Source: Burkholderiales bacterium (GTDB lineage Bacteria > Pseudomonadota > Gammaproteobacteria > Burkholderiales > SG8-41). From it: 64,000 nucleotides of DNA. Positions 16,940 through 27,999 of this stretch are shown piece after piece. The position numbers and the translations under genes are program-made. Under the pieces are notes generated by a model, which did no database searches, had not been told where the DNA came from, and saw nothing but the letters and a program-made list of their open reading frames with translations. How positions within the stretch are numbered: the first letter of the stretch is position 1; every line of letters begins with the position of its first letter. The stretch covers positions 6,920-70,919 of the forward strand of contig DASWIC010000048.1 in the NCBI GenBank assembly GCA_036397875.1. Reading direction: 5' to 3'.

Positions 16940-17050
16940 AGTTTCCAGTTCCGAGTTGCGAGTTGGAAGCCCACATCGAGTGCGGTTACTCCTTGGCGGC
17001 AGTTGCCGCGCACGAAACAACTGGAAACTTGAAACTGGAAACTCAAAACT
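16939..17050. repeat. Palindromic element filling the def/glnD convergent spacer; arms are four tandem degenerate heptamers
   Basis: Left arm: agtttcc agttccg agttgcg agttgga (16940-16967). Right arm: ggaaact tgaaact ggaaact caaaact (17023-17050). A perfect 12-bp pairing joins aagtttccagtt (16939-16950) to aactggaaactt (17019-17030). Confidence 0.7.
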
Positions 17051-17052
17051 GC

Positions 17053-19653
17053 CTACGTCTGCAGCTGCTCGACCAGGTCGCTTTCCAGCCGCACCACGTT
17101 CTTCGCGTTTTTCAGCGCCGCGCCGGTGATGATGAAAACGTCCTCCGCGCGCGCGCCGAGCGTGTTGATCTTGGCGGTATGGAGATTGATGTCGTGGGCG
17201 GTCAGCACCCGGGCGATGCGCGAGAGCAGCCCGGGGCGGTCGCCCGCGATGATGGAGAGCACCGATGAGGTCCCTTTCTCGTCCGGCTGGATGTTGACCT
17301 CGGGCGAGATCGGAAAGTGCCGCAACTGGCGGGAAAGCCGCGGCTTGGTGAGCGGCGGCAGCGGCGCCTTCGTCCGCAAGCGCTCGGCGAGGTCGTGCTC
17401 GATCAACCCGATCACGTCGCGGTACTGCGGGCGGCGATTGTTCGGATCCTGCACCTGGAAGCTGTCCAGCGCGTAGCCGTGGCGCGTGGTGTAGATCTTC
17501 GCCTCGAAGATGTCGTAGCTGATGCGCTCGAAGAAGCTGCAGATGCGCGCGAACAGCTCCTTCTGGTCGGGCACGTAGATCATGACCTGCAGGCCTTCGC
17601 CGGCCGGCGACAACCGCGCCTTGACCACCGGCTCCTGCGTCTGCACCCGGTAGTAGAGCAGCCGCGTGTGCCACGCGATTTCCTGGGGCTCGTGGCGCAG
17701 GAAATAGGTGTCCTCGAGCTGGGCCCACAGGTTCTGTTCGGCCGCCTCGGGAACCGCGTAGAGCCGCAGCTTGGCCCGGGCCTCGTCCTGGCGCGCCTGC
17801 AGGCTGCTCGCCAGCGAGAAGCGGTCTCCCGCGAGCAGGCGCTGCGTCCTCCAGAACAGGTCCTCGAGCAGTTTCGCCTTCCAGGCGTTCCATACCTTGG
17901 GGCTGGTGCCGCGAATATCGGCAACCGTGAGGAGATAGAGGGCGGAGAGATGGCGCTCGTTCCCGGCGCGCTGCGCGAAGGTCTGCACTACCGCCGGATC
18001 GGTGATGTCCCGCTTCTGGGCGGTCGACGACATCACCAGGTGGTTCTCGACCAGCCAGGCGACGAGCTCGACGTCCTCGCGCACGAGGCCGTGGTCACGG
18101 CAGAACTGCCGGGCGTCCACCGCGCCCAGCTCCGAGTGATTGCCTCCCCGCCCCTTGGCGATGTCGTGGAACAGGGCGGCCAGATAGAGCACCTCCGGCC
18201 GCTCGAAGTTGCTCATCAGCCGGCTGCACAGCGGAAATTCGTGCGCGAGCTCCGGTATCGAGAAACGCCGCACGTTGCGCACTACGCGCAGGATGTGCTC
18301 GTCCACCGTATACACGTGGTAGAGGTCGTGCTGCATCTGGCCGACTATGCGTCCGAACGCGGGAAGGTAGCGGCCGAGCACTCCGTACTGGTTCATGCGC
18401 CGCAACGCGCGCTCCACCCGCGTCGGGCTGCGCAGGAGCTGCAGAAACTGCTGGCGGTTGCGCGGGTCCTTGCGGAATGCCGGGTTGATCAACCGGCGCG
18501 CCCGCCACAGCGCACGCAGGGTGGGGGCGCTCACGCCCTTCAGCTCGGGATGCTGCTGCAGGAGCGCAAAGCTCTCCAGTATCGCCGCCGGCTCGCGCTG
18601 GAACAGCCGTTCATCGCGCGCCGCCAGCAGCTCGTCGCGCGCGCCGAAGCGCCGGTTGATCGGGTGATAGTCCTTGTCGTGCGATGGCGTGATGCGCGCG
18701 TCCAGGTTCTGCAGCACGAACGTCGTGAGCTGCGCCACTGTCTGCGCGGTCCGGTAGTAGCGTTGCATCAGCTGCTCGCTGGCGAGCCGGTGCGGGCGGT
18801 CGTGCAGCCCGAACTCGCGCGCGAGCGCGGTCTGGAAATCGAACAAGAGGCGGTCCTCGCGCCGTCCCGCGAGGTAGTGCAGCCGGATGCGGAGCCACTG
18901 CAGGAACTGCTCGTTCTGATGGATTTCCCGCACCTCGGCGCGGGTGATCACGCCGCGGCGCGCGAGCTCGCCCCAGCTCTTGCCGATGCCGGCGGCGCGC
19001 GCGATCCAGAGCACGGTCTGGAGGTCGCGCAGGCCGCCCGCGCTTTCCTTGATGTTGGGCTCGAGATTGGTTTCGGCGTAGCGCATGTGCCGCTGCTGCT
19101 GCTCGAGCAGCTTTGCCTGCAGAAAAGCCGCGGGCTCGAGCGCATCGCGCACGCGCTTGGCAAATCGCGAAAACAGATCCCGTTTGCCCGCGAGCAGCCG
19201 CGCCTCGAGCAACGTGGTCTGCACGGTGACGTCCGCCGCGGCGAGCGCGATGCATTCGTCCATGGTGCGCACGCTGTGGCCGACCTCGATGCCGATGTCC
19301 CACAGGGTGCCGATCAGGTGCTCGATCTTGCGGGCGAGATCGGCGTCCGCCGGCCCCGACAGCAGGATCAGGAGATCGACGTCCGAGCAGGGGAAGAGCT
19401 GCGCGCGGCCGTATCCTCCCACCGCCGCCAGCGCGACCTCGCGCGGCATCGCGTGGCTCGACCAGACTTCCCTCAGCTGGCGGTCGACCAGCGCCGCCTG
19501 GCGGCGCAGCATGTCCTTCGGGAACTTGCGCGACGCGAGCTCCTGGCGCAACTGCGCGCGCGAGACGGCAAGCTTCTGCTTCCAGTGTCCGGCGCGGGCA
19601 TGCGCCGGGACGGCTGGAGCGGCAATCGCCATTGCCGTTTGGGGTTCAGTCAT
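17053..19653 (-). CDS. glnD: Bifunctional [protein-PII] uridylyltransferase/uridylyl-removing enzyme
   Basis: Nucleotidyltransferase GGYGRAQLFPCSDVDLL, HD domain HDIAKGRGGNHSELG, two C-terminal ACT domains, 866 aa. Downstream of map as in E. coli. Confidence 0.95.
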   Translation of the reverse strand: MTEPQTAMAIAAPAVPAHARAGHWKQKLAVSRAQLRQELASRKFPKDMLRRQAALVDRQLREVWSSHAMPREVALAAVGGYGRAQLFPCSDVDLLILLSGPADADLARKIEHLIGTLWDIGIEVGHSVRTMDECIALAAADVTVQTTLLEARLLAGKRDLFSRFAKRVRDALEPAAFLQAKLLEQQQRHMRYAETNLEPNIKESAGGLRDLQTVLWIARAAGIGKSWGELARRGVITRAEVREIHQNEQFLQWLRIRLHYLAGRREDRLLFDFQTALAREFGLHDRPHRLASEQLMQRYYRTAQTVAQLTTFVLQNLDARITPSHDKDYHPINRRFGARDELLAARDERLFQREPAAILESFALLQQHPELKGVSAPTLRALWRARRLINPAFRKDPRNRQQFLQLLRSPTRVERALRRMNQYGVLGRYLPAFGRIVGQMQHDLYHVYTVDEHILRVVRNVRRFSIPELAHEFPLCSRLMSNFERPEVLYLAALFHDIAKGRGGNHSELGAVDARQFCRDHGLVREDVELVAWLVENHLVMSSTAQKRDITDPAVVQTFAQRAGNERHLSALYLLTVADIRGTSPKVWNAWKAKLLEDLFWRTQRLLAGDRFSLASSLQARQDEARAKLRLYAVPEAAEQNLWAQLEDTYFLRHEPQEIAWHTRLLYYRVQTQEPVVKARLSPAGEGLQVMIYVPDQKELFARICSFFERISYDIFEAKIYTTRHGYALDSFQVQDPNNRRPQYRDVIGLIEHDLAERLRTKAPLPPLTKPRLSRQLRHFPISPEVNIQPDEKGTSSVLSIIAGDRPGLLSRIARVLTAHDINLHTAKINTLGARAEDVFIITGAALKNAKNVVRLESDLVEQLQT

Positions 19654-19657
19654 GGCC

Positions 19658-20458
19658 TCAAGCCTGGAGCGGGGTCCTCGACGGCGTGCCGCCCGAAACT
19701 GTGAGCACCTCGTGGCCGGACTCGGTCACCAGCACCGTGTGTTCCCACTGCGCCGAGAGACTGTGGTCCTTGGTCACGACCGTCCAGCCGTCCGCAAGCT
19801 GCCGGATATCGGGCTTGCCGGCGTTGATCATGGGCTCGATGGTGAAGGTCATGCCGGGTTCCAGCCGCAGGCCGACGCCCGGCCTGCCGTAATGCAGGAC
19901 CTGGGGCTCCTCGTGGAATTTCCGGCCGATCCCGTGCCCGCAGAATTCACGCACCACGCTGTATCCGTGGTCCTCCGCATGCCCCTGTATCGCGTGCCCG
20001 ACGTCGCCGAGGTGCGCCCCGGGGCGCACCGAATCGATGCCCCGCCAGAGGCACTCGAAGGTCACTTCGCACAACCGGCGCGCCTGGATGGACGGGTGCC
20101 CGACGTAATACATCCTGCTGGTGTCGCCGTGGAAGCCGTCCTTGATGACGGTGATGTCGATATTGACGATGTCGCCTGTGCGCAGCTTCCGGTCCCCGGG
20201 CACGCCGTGACACACGACGTGGTTCACCGAGGTGCAGATCGACCGCGGGAACGGCCGGTATCCCGGCGGGGCGTAATTGAGGGGCGCGGGAATCGCCTGC
20301 TGCACCCCGGCGATGTAATCGTGGCAGAGCCGGTCGAGCTGGTCCGTGGTCGTGCCCGGCCTGACGTGGGGGGTGATGAAATCGAGCACTTCGGCGGCGA
20401 GCCGCCCCGCGACCCGCATCTTGCCAATCTCGTCGGGGGTCTTGATGCTGACGGCCAT
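19658..20458 (-). CDS. map: Type I methionine aminopeptidase (start re-set to MAVSIKTPDEI)
   Basis: Metal-ligand contexts GDIVNIDITV, HGIGRKFHEEP, EPMIN..; about 266 aa. Confidence 0.9.
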   Translation of the reverse strand: MAVSIKTPDEIGKMRVAGRLAAEVLDFITPHVRPGTTTDQLDRLCHDYIAGVQQAIPAPLNYAPPGYRPFPRSICTSVNHVVCHGVPGDRKLRTGDIVNIDITVIKDGFHGDTSRMYYVGHPSIQARRLCEVTFECLWRGIDSVRPGAHLGDVGHAIQGHAEDHGYSVVREFCGHGIGRKFHEEPQVLHYGRPGVGLRLEPGMTFTIEPMINAGKPDIRQLADGWTVVTKDHSLSAQWEHTVLVTESGHEVLTVSGGTPSRTPLQA

Positions 20459-20565
20459 CGAGCTATGCTGCGCGCGGCAGGCAGCGCCGGCGGAAGGTAC
20501 CTGGTTTTCCAAAGACAGCGGATTGTAGTCCAGAATCCGGCGCGCCGCACCGATTGCTGCTTCGC

Positions 20566-20595
20566 TTGAGGGCCGGGCATTTCCAGTGATAAAAT
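20566..20595 (+). promoter_or_regulatory. Candidate sigma70 promoter of rpsB-tsf (TTGAGG-N18-TGaTAAAAT)
   Basis: AT-rich extended -10 tgaTAAAAT at 20587-20595 in GC-rich DNA, with TTGAGG at 20566-20571. This would leave a leader of about 130 nt before rpsB. Confidence 0.4.
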
Positions 20596-20728
20596 CGCAA
20601 GTTAGCTGTGCCGGGGCGAGCGCGCACCGGATGGATTACACACGTCCGCAGTCGACAGTGAGGGTGGCCTTTCCAGCACGGGCCCCGCGGCGGATGGAGG
20701 CTCAACCCTTACCGGAGAAGATTGAAGC

Positions 20729-21472
20729 ATGTCGGTCACGATGCGTGAGATGCTCGAAGCGGGGGTCCACTTCGGGCACCAGACTCGCTACTGGAACCCG
20801 CGAATGGCGCCGTATATCTTCGGCCATCGCAACAAGATTCACATCGTCAACCTCGAGACGACGATGGAGAAGTACCTGGAGGCGCTGAGGTTCGTGCGGC
20901 GCCTCGCCACGAACAAGGGCACGGTGCTGTTCGTCGGCACGAAACGCCAGGCGCGTGACATCATCAAGGAAGAGGCCGTGCGCTGTGGCGCGCCCTTCGT
21001 CGATTACCGCTGGTTGGGCGGCATGCTGACCAATTACAAGACCGTCAAGCAGTCGATCAAACGGCTGAAGGACATCGAAGCCATGGCGCGGGACGGGACG
21101 CTCGACAAGCTTCCGAAAAAGGAAGCGCTGTATTACCAGCGCGAAATCGTGAAGCTTGACCGCAGCCTCGGCGGCATCAAGGACATGAACGGGCTGCCGG
21201 ACGCGCTGTTCGTGATCGACGTCGGCTACCAGAAGGGCGCCGTCGCGGAAGCGAACAAGCTCGGGATCCCGGTCATCGGGGTGGTCGACACCAATCACTC
21301 GCCCGAGGGCGTCGCCTACGTGATCCCCGGCAATGACGACTCGAGCCGGGCGATTCGCCTCTACGTGCGCGGCGTTGCCGACGCGGTGCTCGAGGGGCGT
21401 CAGGACAGCCTCAAGGAAATCGTCCGCGGCGGCGAAGAGTTCGTCGAGGTCGAAGAGACCGAGGAAGCATGA
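20729..21472 (+). CDS. rpsB: 30S ribosomal protein S2
   Basis: [26 protein letters not shown] is the canonical S2 N-terminus. Confidence 0.97.
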   Translation: MSVTMREMLEAGVHFGHQTRYWNPRMAPYIFGHRNKIHIVNLETTMEKYLEALRFVRRLATNKGTVLFVGTKRQARDIIKEEAVRCGAPFVDYRWLGGMLTNYKTVKQSIKRLKDIEAMARDGTLDKLPKKEALYYQREIVKLDRSLGGIKDMNGLPDALFVIDVGYQKGAVAEANKLGIPVIGVVDTNHSPEGVAYVIPGNDDSSRAIRLYVRGVADAVLEGRQDSLKEIVRGGEEFVEVEETEEA

Positions 21473-21494
21473 CGCGGAAATGTGACGTCACGGC

Positions 21495-21517
21495 GGGGGC
21501 GCGAGCCCCCTTTTTTT
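21495..21517 (+). terminator. Intrinsic terminator/attenuator between rpsB and tsf
   Basis: Stem gggggc/gccccc, loop gcga, then T7 (21511-21517). Confidence 0.8.
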
Positions 21518-21535
21518 AGCCATCGGGAACGGGAA

Positions 21536-22402
21536 ATGGCGGAAATCACCGCGGGTATGGTCAAGGCGCTGCGCGAGAAGACCGATGCGCCGATGATGGA
21601 GTGCAAGAAGGCATTGGCGGAAGCCGGCGGCGACATGGCCAAGGCCGAAGAAATCCTGCGCGTGAAGCTCGGCAACCGGGCGACCAAGGCGGCCGGGCGC
21701 GTCGCGGCCGAAGGCGTGGTCGCGGCCCATGTCACCGCCGATGGTCGGACCGGAGCCCTGGTCGAAGTCAACTGCGAGACGGACTTCGTCGCGAAGAACA
21801 GCGAGTTCGTTGCATTGGCCGCAGCGGTTGCGGAGGTCGTTGCATCGCGCAATCCGAGCGATGTCGAGGCGCTTGCGCAACTTCCGCTCAAGGGCGAGAC
21901 CGTGGAAGAGGCGCGCAAGGCGCTGGCGGGCAAGATAGGGGAAAACCTGGCGATCCGGCGTTTTACACGTATGCCGGCGAAAGGGAAGATTGCGGTCTAC
22001 ATACACGGCGGCGCGAGGATCGGTTCCATCGTGGACGTGATCGGCGGGGACGAGGCGCTCGCCAAGGATATCGCGATGCACGTTGCGGCCAGCAAGCCCA
22101 TCGCGGTGGCCGGAAGTGGCGTGCCGTCCGACCTGGTGGAAAAGGAACGGGCGATTGCCACCGCGAAAGCGGCGGAGTCGGGCAAGCCCGCGAACATCGT
22201 CGAGAAGATGGTGGAAGGATCCGTTCAGAAATTCCTCAAGGACGTGACGCTGCTCGGCCAGCCATTCGTCAAGAACGACAAGCAGACGGTGGAGCAGCTG
22301 CTGAAGTCTAAAGCCGCGTCGGTCTCGGGGTTCGCCTTTTACGTGGTGGGCGAAGGGATCGAGAAACGCCGGGACGACCTCGGGGCCGATCAGGCGCGGT
22401 AA
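21536..22402 (+). CDS. tsf: Elongation factor Ts (start re-set to [10 protein letters not shown])
   Basis: [27 protein letters not shown] is the canonical EF-Ts N-terminus. Confidence 0.95.
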   Translation: MAEITAGMVKALREKTDAPMMECKKALAEAGGDMAKAEEILRVKLGNRATKAAGRVAAEGVVAAHVTADGRTGALVEVNCETDFVAKNSEFVALAAAVAEVVASRNPSDVEALAQLPLKGETVEEARKALAGKIGENLAIRRFTRMPAKGKIAVYIHGGARIGSIVDVIGGDEALAKDIAMHVAASKPIAVAGSGVPSDLVEKERAIATAKAAESGKPANIVEKMVEGSVQKFLKDVTLLGQPFVKNDKQTVEQLLKSKAASVSGFAFYVVGEGIEKRRDDLGADQAR

Positions 22403-22444
22403 GTGAGAGCCCCCTCCACGCAGGCAGCGCCGCAAGAGGTCCTC

Positions 22445-23164
22445 ATGCCACAGACGCCTGCCTATAAGCGCATCCTCTTGAAGCTCAGCGGGGAAGCCTT
22501 GATGGGAGGCGACGCCTACGGCATCAATCGCGAGACCGTCGACCGGATCGTGGGCGAGGTCGCCGAGGTGGTGAATCTCGGCGTGGAGGTGGCGGTCGTC
22601 ATCGGCGGCGGCAATATTTTTCGCGGGGTTGCCCCGGCGGCTTCCCACATGGACCGGGCAACCGCGGACTACATGGGAATGCTCGCGACGGTGATGAATG
22701 CGCTCGCGCTGCAGGACGCGATGCGGCGCGTGAGCCTCGTGAGCCGGGTCCAGTCCGCGCTCAATATCGAGCAGGTGGTCGAGCCCTACATACGGGGGAA
22801 GGCGATGCGCTACCTGGAGGAGGGCAAGGTGGTGATTTTCGCCGCGGGCACGGGCAATCCCTTCTTCACGACCGACACCGCGGCGGCGTTGCGCGGCATG
22901 GAGATGAACGTCGATCTCGTGCTGAAGGCAACGAAGGTCGACGGGGTCTATACCGACGATCCCAAGACCCACCGCGACGCGATGCGCTACCAGCGCCTGA
23001 CGTTCGACGAGGCCATCATCAAGAACCTCAAGGTGATGGACGCCACCGCACTGACGCTGTGCCGCGACCAGAAGCTGCTGATCAACGTATTCAGCATTTT
23101 CAAGCCGGCGGCCTTGAAGCGCGTCGTGCTGGGCGAGGACGAGGGCACTTTCCTGCATAATTAG
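22445..23164 (+). CDS. pyrH: UMP kinase (start re-set to [17 protein letters not shown])
   Basis: [22 protein letters not shown]. Confidence 0.95.
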   Translation: MPQTPAYKRILLKLSGEALMGGDAYGINRETVDRIVGEVAEVVNLGVEVAVVIGGGNIFRGVAPAASHMDRATADYMGMLATVMNALALQDAMRRVSLVSRVQSALNIEQVVEPYIRGKAMRYLEEGKVVIFAAGTGNPFFTTDTAAALRGMEMNVDLVLKATKVDGVYTDDPKTHRDAMRYQRLTFDEAIIKNLKVMDATALTLCRDQKLLINVFSIFKPAALKRVVLGEDEGTFLHN

Positions 23165-23190
23165 GCCAGGGCGCTCGAGGGAGGTGGATC

Positions 23191-23748
23191 ATGATTGCCG
23201 ACATCAGGAAGTCCGCGGAACAGAAGATGCGGAAGACGGTGGAGGCACTGAAGACGGATCTGGCGAAGATTCGCACCGGCCGCGCCCACACCGGCCTGCT
23301 CGATCACATCATGGTGGACTACTACGGCACGCCGACCCCGATTCCCCAGGTGAGCAGCGTGGCTCTGATCGATGCAAGGACGATTGCCGTCAGCCCGTGG
23401 GACAAGAAGATGGCGCCGGCGATCGAGAAGGCGATACGCGATTCCGATCTGGGGCTCAACCCGGCGGCGATGGGCGAGACGGTCAGGGTGCCGATGCCGG
23501 CGCTCACCGAGGAGCGCCGCAAGGATCTGGTCAAGGTAGTGCGCCACGAAGGCGAGAACGCCCGCGTCGCCGTGCGCAACGTGCGGCGCGACGCCATTCA
23601 CCACCTGAAGGAGCTGCTCAAGCAGAAGAAGGTCGCCGAGGACGAGGAGCGCCGGGCGCAGGACGATATCCAGAAGCTCACCGACCGCTCGATTGCCGAC
23701 ATCGACAAGCTGCTGCAGCAAAAAGAAACCGACCTGATGGCGGTGTAA
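23191..23748 (+). CDS. frr: Ribosome recycling factor
   Basis: 185 aa, typical RRF sequence (…[18 protein letters not shown]…). Confidence 0.95.
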   Translation: MIADIRKSAEQKMRKTVEALKTDLAKIRTGRAHTGLLDHIMVDYYGTPTPIPQVSSVALIDARTIAVSPWDKKMAPAIEKAIRDSDLGLNPAAMGETVRVPMPALTEERRKDLVKVVRHEGENARVAVRNVRRDAIHHLKELLKQKKVAEDEERRAQDDIQKLTDRSIADIDKLLQQKETDLMAV

Positions 23749-24545
23749 TGACGGCATACAGCAGTTCCACGCTCGCAGTCCCCGCCACGGGGCGCATACC
23801 GCGGCACGTCGCCGTCATCATGGATGGCAACGGAAGATGGGCAAAGCAGCGCTACCTGCCGCGGGTGACCGGTCACCGGCGCGGCGTCAAGGCGGTGCGC
23901 AGCATCGTACGCGCGTGCGCGGAGCGCGGCGTTGAGTTCCTCACCTTGTTCGCGTTCTCGAGCGAGAACTGGCGCCGCCCCCAGGAGGAAGTGACTTTTC
24001 TCATGCAGCTCTTCGTGATGGCGCTCGAGCAGGAGGTGGGAAAACTGCACGAGAACGGCGTCCGCTTCAAGGTGATCGGCGATCTCGCCCGGTTCGAGCC
24101 CAAGCTGGTGCGGCTGATGCGGGAGGCGGAGGCCCTGACGGCCGAGAACCGGCGCCTGACGCTGACGGTCGCGGCCAACTACGGCGGGCGCTGGGACGTG
24201 CTGCAGGCGGCCAACCGCATGCTGCGCGACCACCCGCATCTGGCCGCGGGCTTCAGCGAGAGCGATCTCGCACCGTATCTGGCGCTGCACTATGCCCCGG
24301 AACCCGATCTTTTCATCCGGACGGGCGGCGAGCAGCGCATCAGTAATTTCGTGTTGTGGCAGCTGGCGTATACCGAACTCTACTTCACCGACACGCTGTG
24401 GCCGGACTTCGACGCCGCGGCCCTCGATCGCGCCATCATTTCCTACCAGCAGCGTGAGCGCCGTTTCGGGCGCACGAGCGAACAGCTGCCCGCCGGCACC
24501 GGGCTGGCTGACTATCGCGTCGTCCATACCCGCTCCGGCGAGTGA
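23748..24545 (+). CDS. uppS: Ditrans,polycis-undecaprenyl-diphosphate synthase (start overlaps the frr stop; the track ORF from 23184 is over-extended)
   Basis: [39 protein letters not shown]. Confidence 0.9.
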   Translation: MTAYSSSTLAVPATGRIPRHVAVIMDGNGRWAKQRYLPRVTGHRRGVKAVRSIVRACAERGVEFLTLFAFSSENWRRPQEEVTFLMQLFVMALEQEVGKLHENGVRFKVIGDLARFEPKLVRLMREAEALTAENRRLTLTVAANYGGRWDVLQAANRMLRDHPHLAAGFSESDLAPYLALHYAPEPDLFIRTGGEQRISNFVLWQLAYTELYFTDTLWPDFDAAALDRAIISYQQRERRFGRTSEQLPAGTGLADYRVVHTRSGE

Positions 24546-24578
24546 CGGCGCCCGCGGCCGTCGCGGCGTCAGGTTCTC

Positions 24579-25397
24579 ATGTTCAACGCGCGGCTCGCCA
24601 CGGCGCTCATCCTACTTGCAGCGTGCGTGGCGGCAGCGGTGTTCCTGCCCAATCGCTGGTGGGCCGCTCTGCTGCTGGTCGTGCTGGCGGTGGCCGGCTG
24701 GGAATGGGGCGCGCTCGCGGGCACCGGGCGCAGCCGGCGCGCGTTCTTTGTCATGGTGGTCGTGGTCTCGGCCTGCGTCATCGGGCTGTCTACCGGCCGC
24801 GAGCACGACACCGCGACCCGGCAACCGACGGTGGAAACCGCGGTCTACGGCGTCAGCACGGCATTCTGGCTGTTGCTTGCGTTGCCGTCGCTGGCGCAGC
24901 GGTGGCGGGTACGATCCCGGCTCGCGCTGGAGTGCGCCGGCTGGATCGTGCTGGTTCCGGTGTGGCTCGCGCTCGCGCGCATGCAGGCCGAGCCCTCGCA
25001 GCTCCTCGCCCTGCTCGGAATCGTCTGGGTCGCCGACACGGCCGCTTACCTTGCGGGTAGGACGTGGGGCCGGCATCTCCTCGCGCCGCAGATCAGCCCC
25101 GCCAAGACCTGGGAAGGCGTGGCGGGCGCCTGCGCCGCAGTGGCAGTGTATTATGTTGCTCTGTCGATGCTGGCGCCCGAATGGCACTGGATAAGCGGGT
25201 GGGGTGGAGTGGTTCTGTTCGCAGGTGTCACGCTGATGAGCATCGTGGGCGACCTGTACGAATCGTGGATCAAGCGCCAGGCCGGGGTCAAGGACAGCGG
25301 CGCGCTGCTGCCGGGTCACGGCGGCATGCTCGACCGGATTGACAGCATGAGTTCCAGCATGCCATTTGCCGCGCTGCTGCTGCACACCATCCGCTAG
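24579..25397 (+). CDS. cdsA: Phosphatidate cytidylyltransferase
   Basis: Polytopic membrane protein with the CdsA signature SWIKRQAGVKDSGALLPGHGGMLDRIDS. Confidence 0.88.
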   Translation: MFNARLATALILLAACVAAAVFLPNRWWAALLLVVLAVAGWEWGALAGTGRSRRAFFVMVVVVSACVIGLSTGREHDTATRQPTVETAVYGVSTAFWLLLALPSLAQRWRVRSRLALECAGWIVLVPVWLALARMQAEPSQLLALLGIVWVADTAAYLAGRTWGRHLLAPQISPAKTWEGVAGACAAVAVYYVALSMLAPEWHWISGWGGVVLFAGVTLMSIVGDLYESWIKRQAGVKDSGALLPGHGGMLDRIDSMSSSMPFAALLLHTIR

Positions 25398-25412
25398 CCG
25401 GCGCACTCTACC

Positions 25413-26624
25413 ATGGCCGACAGGAAACGCCTCGCGATACTGGGTTCCACCGGCAGCGTCGGCGCCAGCACGCTCGACGTCGTGGCACGCCACCGCAGCC
25501 GATTCGAAGTGGTTGCGCTCACCGCTCGGCACCAGGTCGACGCGCTGCTGGAACAGTGCCGCGCGTTCCAGCCGAAGTTCGCGGTCCTGCTGGAGCCGGG
25601 AGCGGCCAGGGAGCTGCAGCGACGCGTGCGGCAGGCGGGGCTCGGCTGCGAAGTGTTGAGCGGCGCCGGAGCGCTCGAGCAGGTGGCGAGCCTGCCCGAA
25701 GTGGATACCGTCATGGCCGCAATCGTGGGTGTCGCCGGGCTGCGCCCGACGCTCGCCGCGGCGCGCGCGGGGAAGAACATCCTGCTCGCGAACAAGGAGT
25801 CGCTGGTGACGGCGGGCGCCGTGCTGATGGACACCGTGCGCGCGTGCGGCGCGACTCTGCTGCCGATCGACAGCGAGCACAACGCCATATTCCAGGCGCT
25901 GCCGCGCGCGCGCGGCGGCGCCGACACCGCGGGCGTGCGCCGTATCCTTCTCACCGCCTCTGGCGGGCCATTCCGGTCGGCCTCGCTGCGCCAGCTCGAA
26001 GAGGCGACACCCGCCCAGGCCTGCGCGCACCCGAACTGGGTGATGGGACGCAAGATCTCGGTGGATTCCGCGACCATGATGAACAAGGGGCTGGAGGTGA
26101 TCGAGGCGCGCTGGCTGTTTAATGTGCGGGCGGACCAGATCGAGGTCGTGATCCATCCCGAGAGCGTCGTCCATTCGCTGGTCGAGTACCTGGACGGATC
26201 GGTTATCGCCCAGCTCGGCAACCCGGACATGCGCACGCCGATCGCCTATGGGCTGGGTTTTCCCGAGCGCATCGACGCGGGCGTGGAGTTCCTGGATCTC
26301 CCCCGCATCGGGGCGCTGCACTTCGAGCGGCCCGATCGCGAGCGATTTCCATGCCTGCGGCTCGCATACGAAGCGCTGGCCGCGGGCGGCATCGCACCGG
26401 CGGTGCTCAATGCTGCGAACGAAGTCGCGGTCGCGAGCTTTCTCTCCGGGACGACCGGATTCCGGCAGATCCCGGCCATGATCGAAGCGGTGCTGTCCGA
26501 CTTGCCGTGGCGGCCGGTCGGGAGCCTCGAGGATGTCTTCGCCGCCGACCACGCCGCGCGCGAGCGCGCGGAGGGCTGGTTGCGCGCGGCCGGGCGCCCG
26601 TTGCTTGCCGCCCACGGCTGCTGA
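25413..26624 (+). CDS. dxr: 1-deoxy-D-xylulose 5-phosphate reductoisomerase
   Basis: [28 protein letters not shown] motifs. Confidence 0.95.
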   Translation: MADRKRLAILGSTGSVGASTLDVVARHRSRFEVVALTARHQVDALLEQCRAFQPKFAVLLEPGAARELQRRVRQAGLGCEVLSGAGALEQVASLPEVDTVMAAIVGVAGLRPTLAAARAGKNILLANKESLVTAGAVLMDTVRACGATLLPIDSEHNAIFQALPRARGGADTAGVRRILLTASGGPFRSASLRQLEEATPAQACAHPNWVMGRKISVDSATMMNKGLEVIEARWLFNVRADQIEVVIHPESVVHSLVEYLDGSVIAQLGNPDMRTPIAYGLGFPERIDAGVEFLDLPRIGALHFERPDRERFPCLRLAYEALAAGGIAPAVLNAANEVAVASFLSGTTGFRQIPAMIEAVLSDLPWRPVGSLEDVFAADHAARERAEGWLRAAGRPLLAAHGC

Positions 26625-26627
26625 GGC

Positions 26628-27995
26628 ATGACCCTGCTGATCACCATCGCCGCCTTTGCGGTGGCGCTCGGCTGCCTGATCGTGGTCCATGAGTACGGCC
26701 ATTTCATCGTCGCGCGCGCCTGCGGGGTCAAGGTCCTGCGCTTCTCGGTCGGGTTCGGCAAGCCGCTCTGGTTGAAGCGCTACGGACGTGACGCGACCGA
26801 GTGGGTGATCGCCGCGTTTCCGCTGGGCGGTTACGTCAAGATGCTCGATGAACGCGAGGGCCCGGTGGCCCACGACGAGCTGCGCCGCGCGTTCAACCGC
26901 CAGCCGGTAGGGCGCCGGGTGGCAATCGTGGTGGCGGGGCCGGCAGCCAACTTTCTGCTCGCCATCGCACTCTACTGGGTGCTGTTCGTCCACGGCGTAC
27001 CGGGCTTGAAGCCGGTACTCGGGGAGCCGCCCGCCGGCACTCCGGCGCATCACGCGGGCTTCGTGGCCGGCGATACTCTCGCCCGGATCGACACCGAGCC
27101 GGTCGCGACCTGGCAGGACGCGCGCTGGATCCTCCTGCAGCACGCCATCCAGCGATCGACCGTTGACGTCGCGGTACGCCCGGCCGCAGGCGGGGCCGCC
27201 ACGCGCCGACTCGATCTCTCGGGCGTGACCACGGCCGACCTCGACAGCGATTTTCTCCGGGCGCTGGGGCTGACGCGCTCCCAGCCGTCGCTGAAGCCGG
27301 TGATCGGCGAGCTCGTGGGCGGCGGCGCGGCCGAGCGCGCGGGACTCAAGGCGGGCGACGAGATCGTGGCGATCGCGAACCAGCCGATCGAGAACTGGGA
27401 GCAGGTAGTCAAGCTCGTGCGCGCGCATCCTGGCGCCCCGCTGGTGATCGAGGTGAGGCGCGGCGGCGCGCTGCAGCCGGCGATCGCGGTTTCCCCCGAG
27501 ACCGTGATCGAGGGCGGGCAGAAGATCGGCAGGATCGGGGCGGCGCCGCAAATGGACCGCGCCGCGCTGGCGGATCTCATCGTTGACGTGCGCTACGGCC
27601 CGCTGGAAAGCCTCATTCGCGCGGCGCAAAAGACCTGGGAGACCTCGGTATTCAGCCTGCGCATGCTCGGCAAGATGATCATCGGCGAGGTCTCGCTCAA
27701 GAATCTCTCGGGCCCGATCACGATCGCCGATTATGCCGGGCAGTCCGCGCAGAGCGGGTTCGGCTCCTATCTCATGTTCCTCGCGTTGATCAGCATCAGC
27801 CTCGGTGTGCTTAATCTGCTGCCGATCCCGTTACTCGACGGCGGGCATCTCATGTATTATGCGATCGAGATTCTGCAGGGTCGTCCTCTCTCGGACCGTG
27901 CCATCGAGATCGGTCAGCACGCCGGTCTGGTGCTGCTGATCACGTTGATGGCTTTCGCGCTCTACAACGACATACACCGCCTGGTCGGCGGTTGA
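26628..27995 (+). CDS. rseP: Site-2 (RIP) zinc metalloprotease RseP
   Basis: HEYGHF zinc motif, PDZ region, C-terminal LNLLPIPLLDGG. Confidence 0.92.
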   Translation: MTLLITIAAFAVALGCLIVVHEYGHFIVARACGVKVLRFSVGFGKPLWLKRYGRDATEWVIAAFPLGGYVKMLDEREGPVAHDELRRAFNRQPVGRRVAIVVAGPAANFLLAIALYWVLFVHGVPGLKPVLGEPPAGTPAHHAGFVAGDTLARIDTEPVATWQDARWILLQHAIQRSTVDVAVRPAAGGAATRRLDLSGVTTADLDSDFLRALGLTRSQPSLKPVIGELVGGGAAERAGLKAGDEIVAIANQPIENWEQVVKLVRAHPGAPLVIEVRRGGALQPAIAVSPETVIEGGQKIGRIGAAPQMDRAALADLIVDVRYGPLESLIRAAQKTWETSVFSLRMLGKMIIGEVSLKNLSGPITIADYAGQSAQSGFGSYLMFLALISISLGVLNLLPIPLLDGGHLMYYAIEILQGRPLSDRAIEIGQHAGLVLLITLMAFALYNDIHRLVGG

Positions 27996-27999
27996 GTTC

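Noticed and set aside
16858-17268. Small ORFs crossing the def/glnD spacer: 16858..17046 on the minus strand, 16936..17268 and 16812..17129 on the plus strand.
   Set aside because: They translate the heptamer-array palindrome into repetitive peptides, and they otherwise overlap def or glnD in wrong frames.
24612-27629. A 1005-aa ORF on the minus strand spanning cdsA, dxr and rseP. Similar very long antisense ORFs occur at 7498..9105, 12067..13884, 14067..15746, 16286..17893, 17317..19704, 21488..23158, 36598..39057, 39232..41067, 40850..42391, 44813..46447, 48594..51209 and 60215..61516.
   Set aside because: Each lies antisense to, or out of frame with, a gene whose product carries unmistakable conserved motifs. 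Their translations are Arg/Ala/Gly/Pro-rich and low-complexity, with no recognisable motifs. This is the expected result of stop-codon depletion in about 67% GC DNA.
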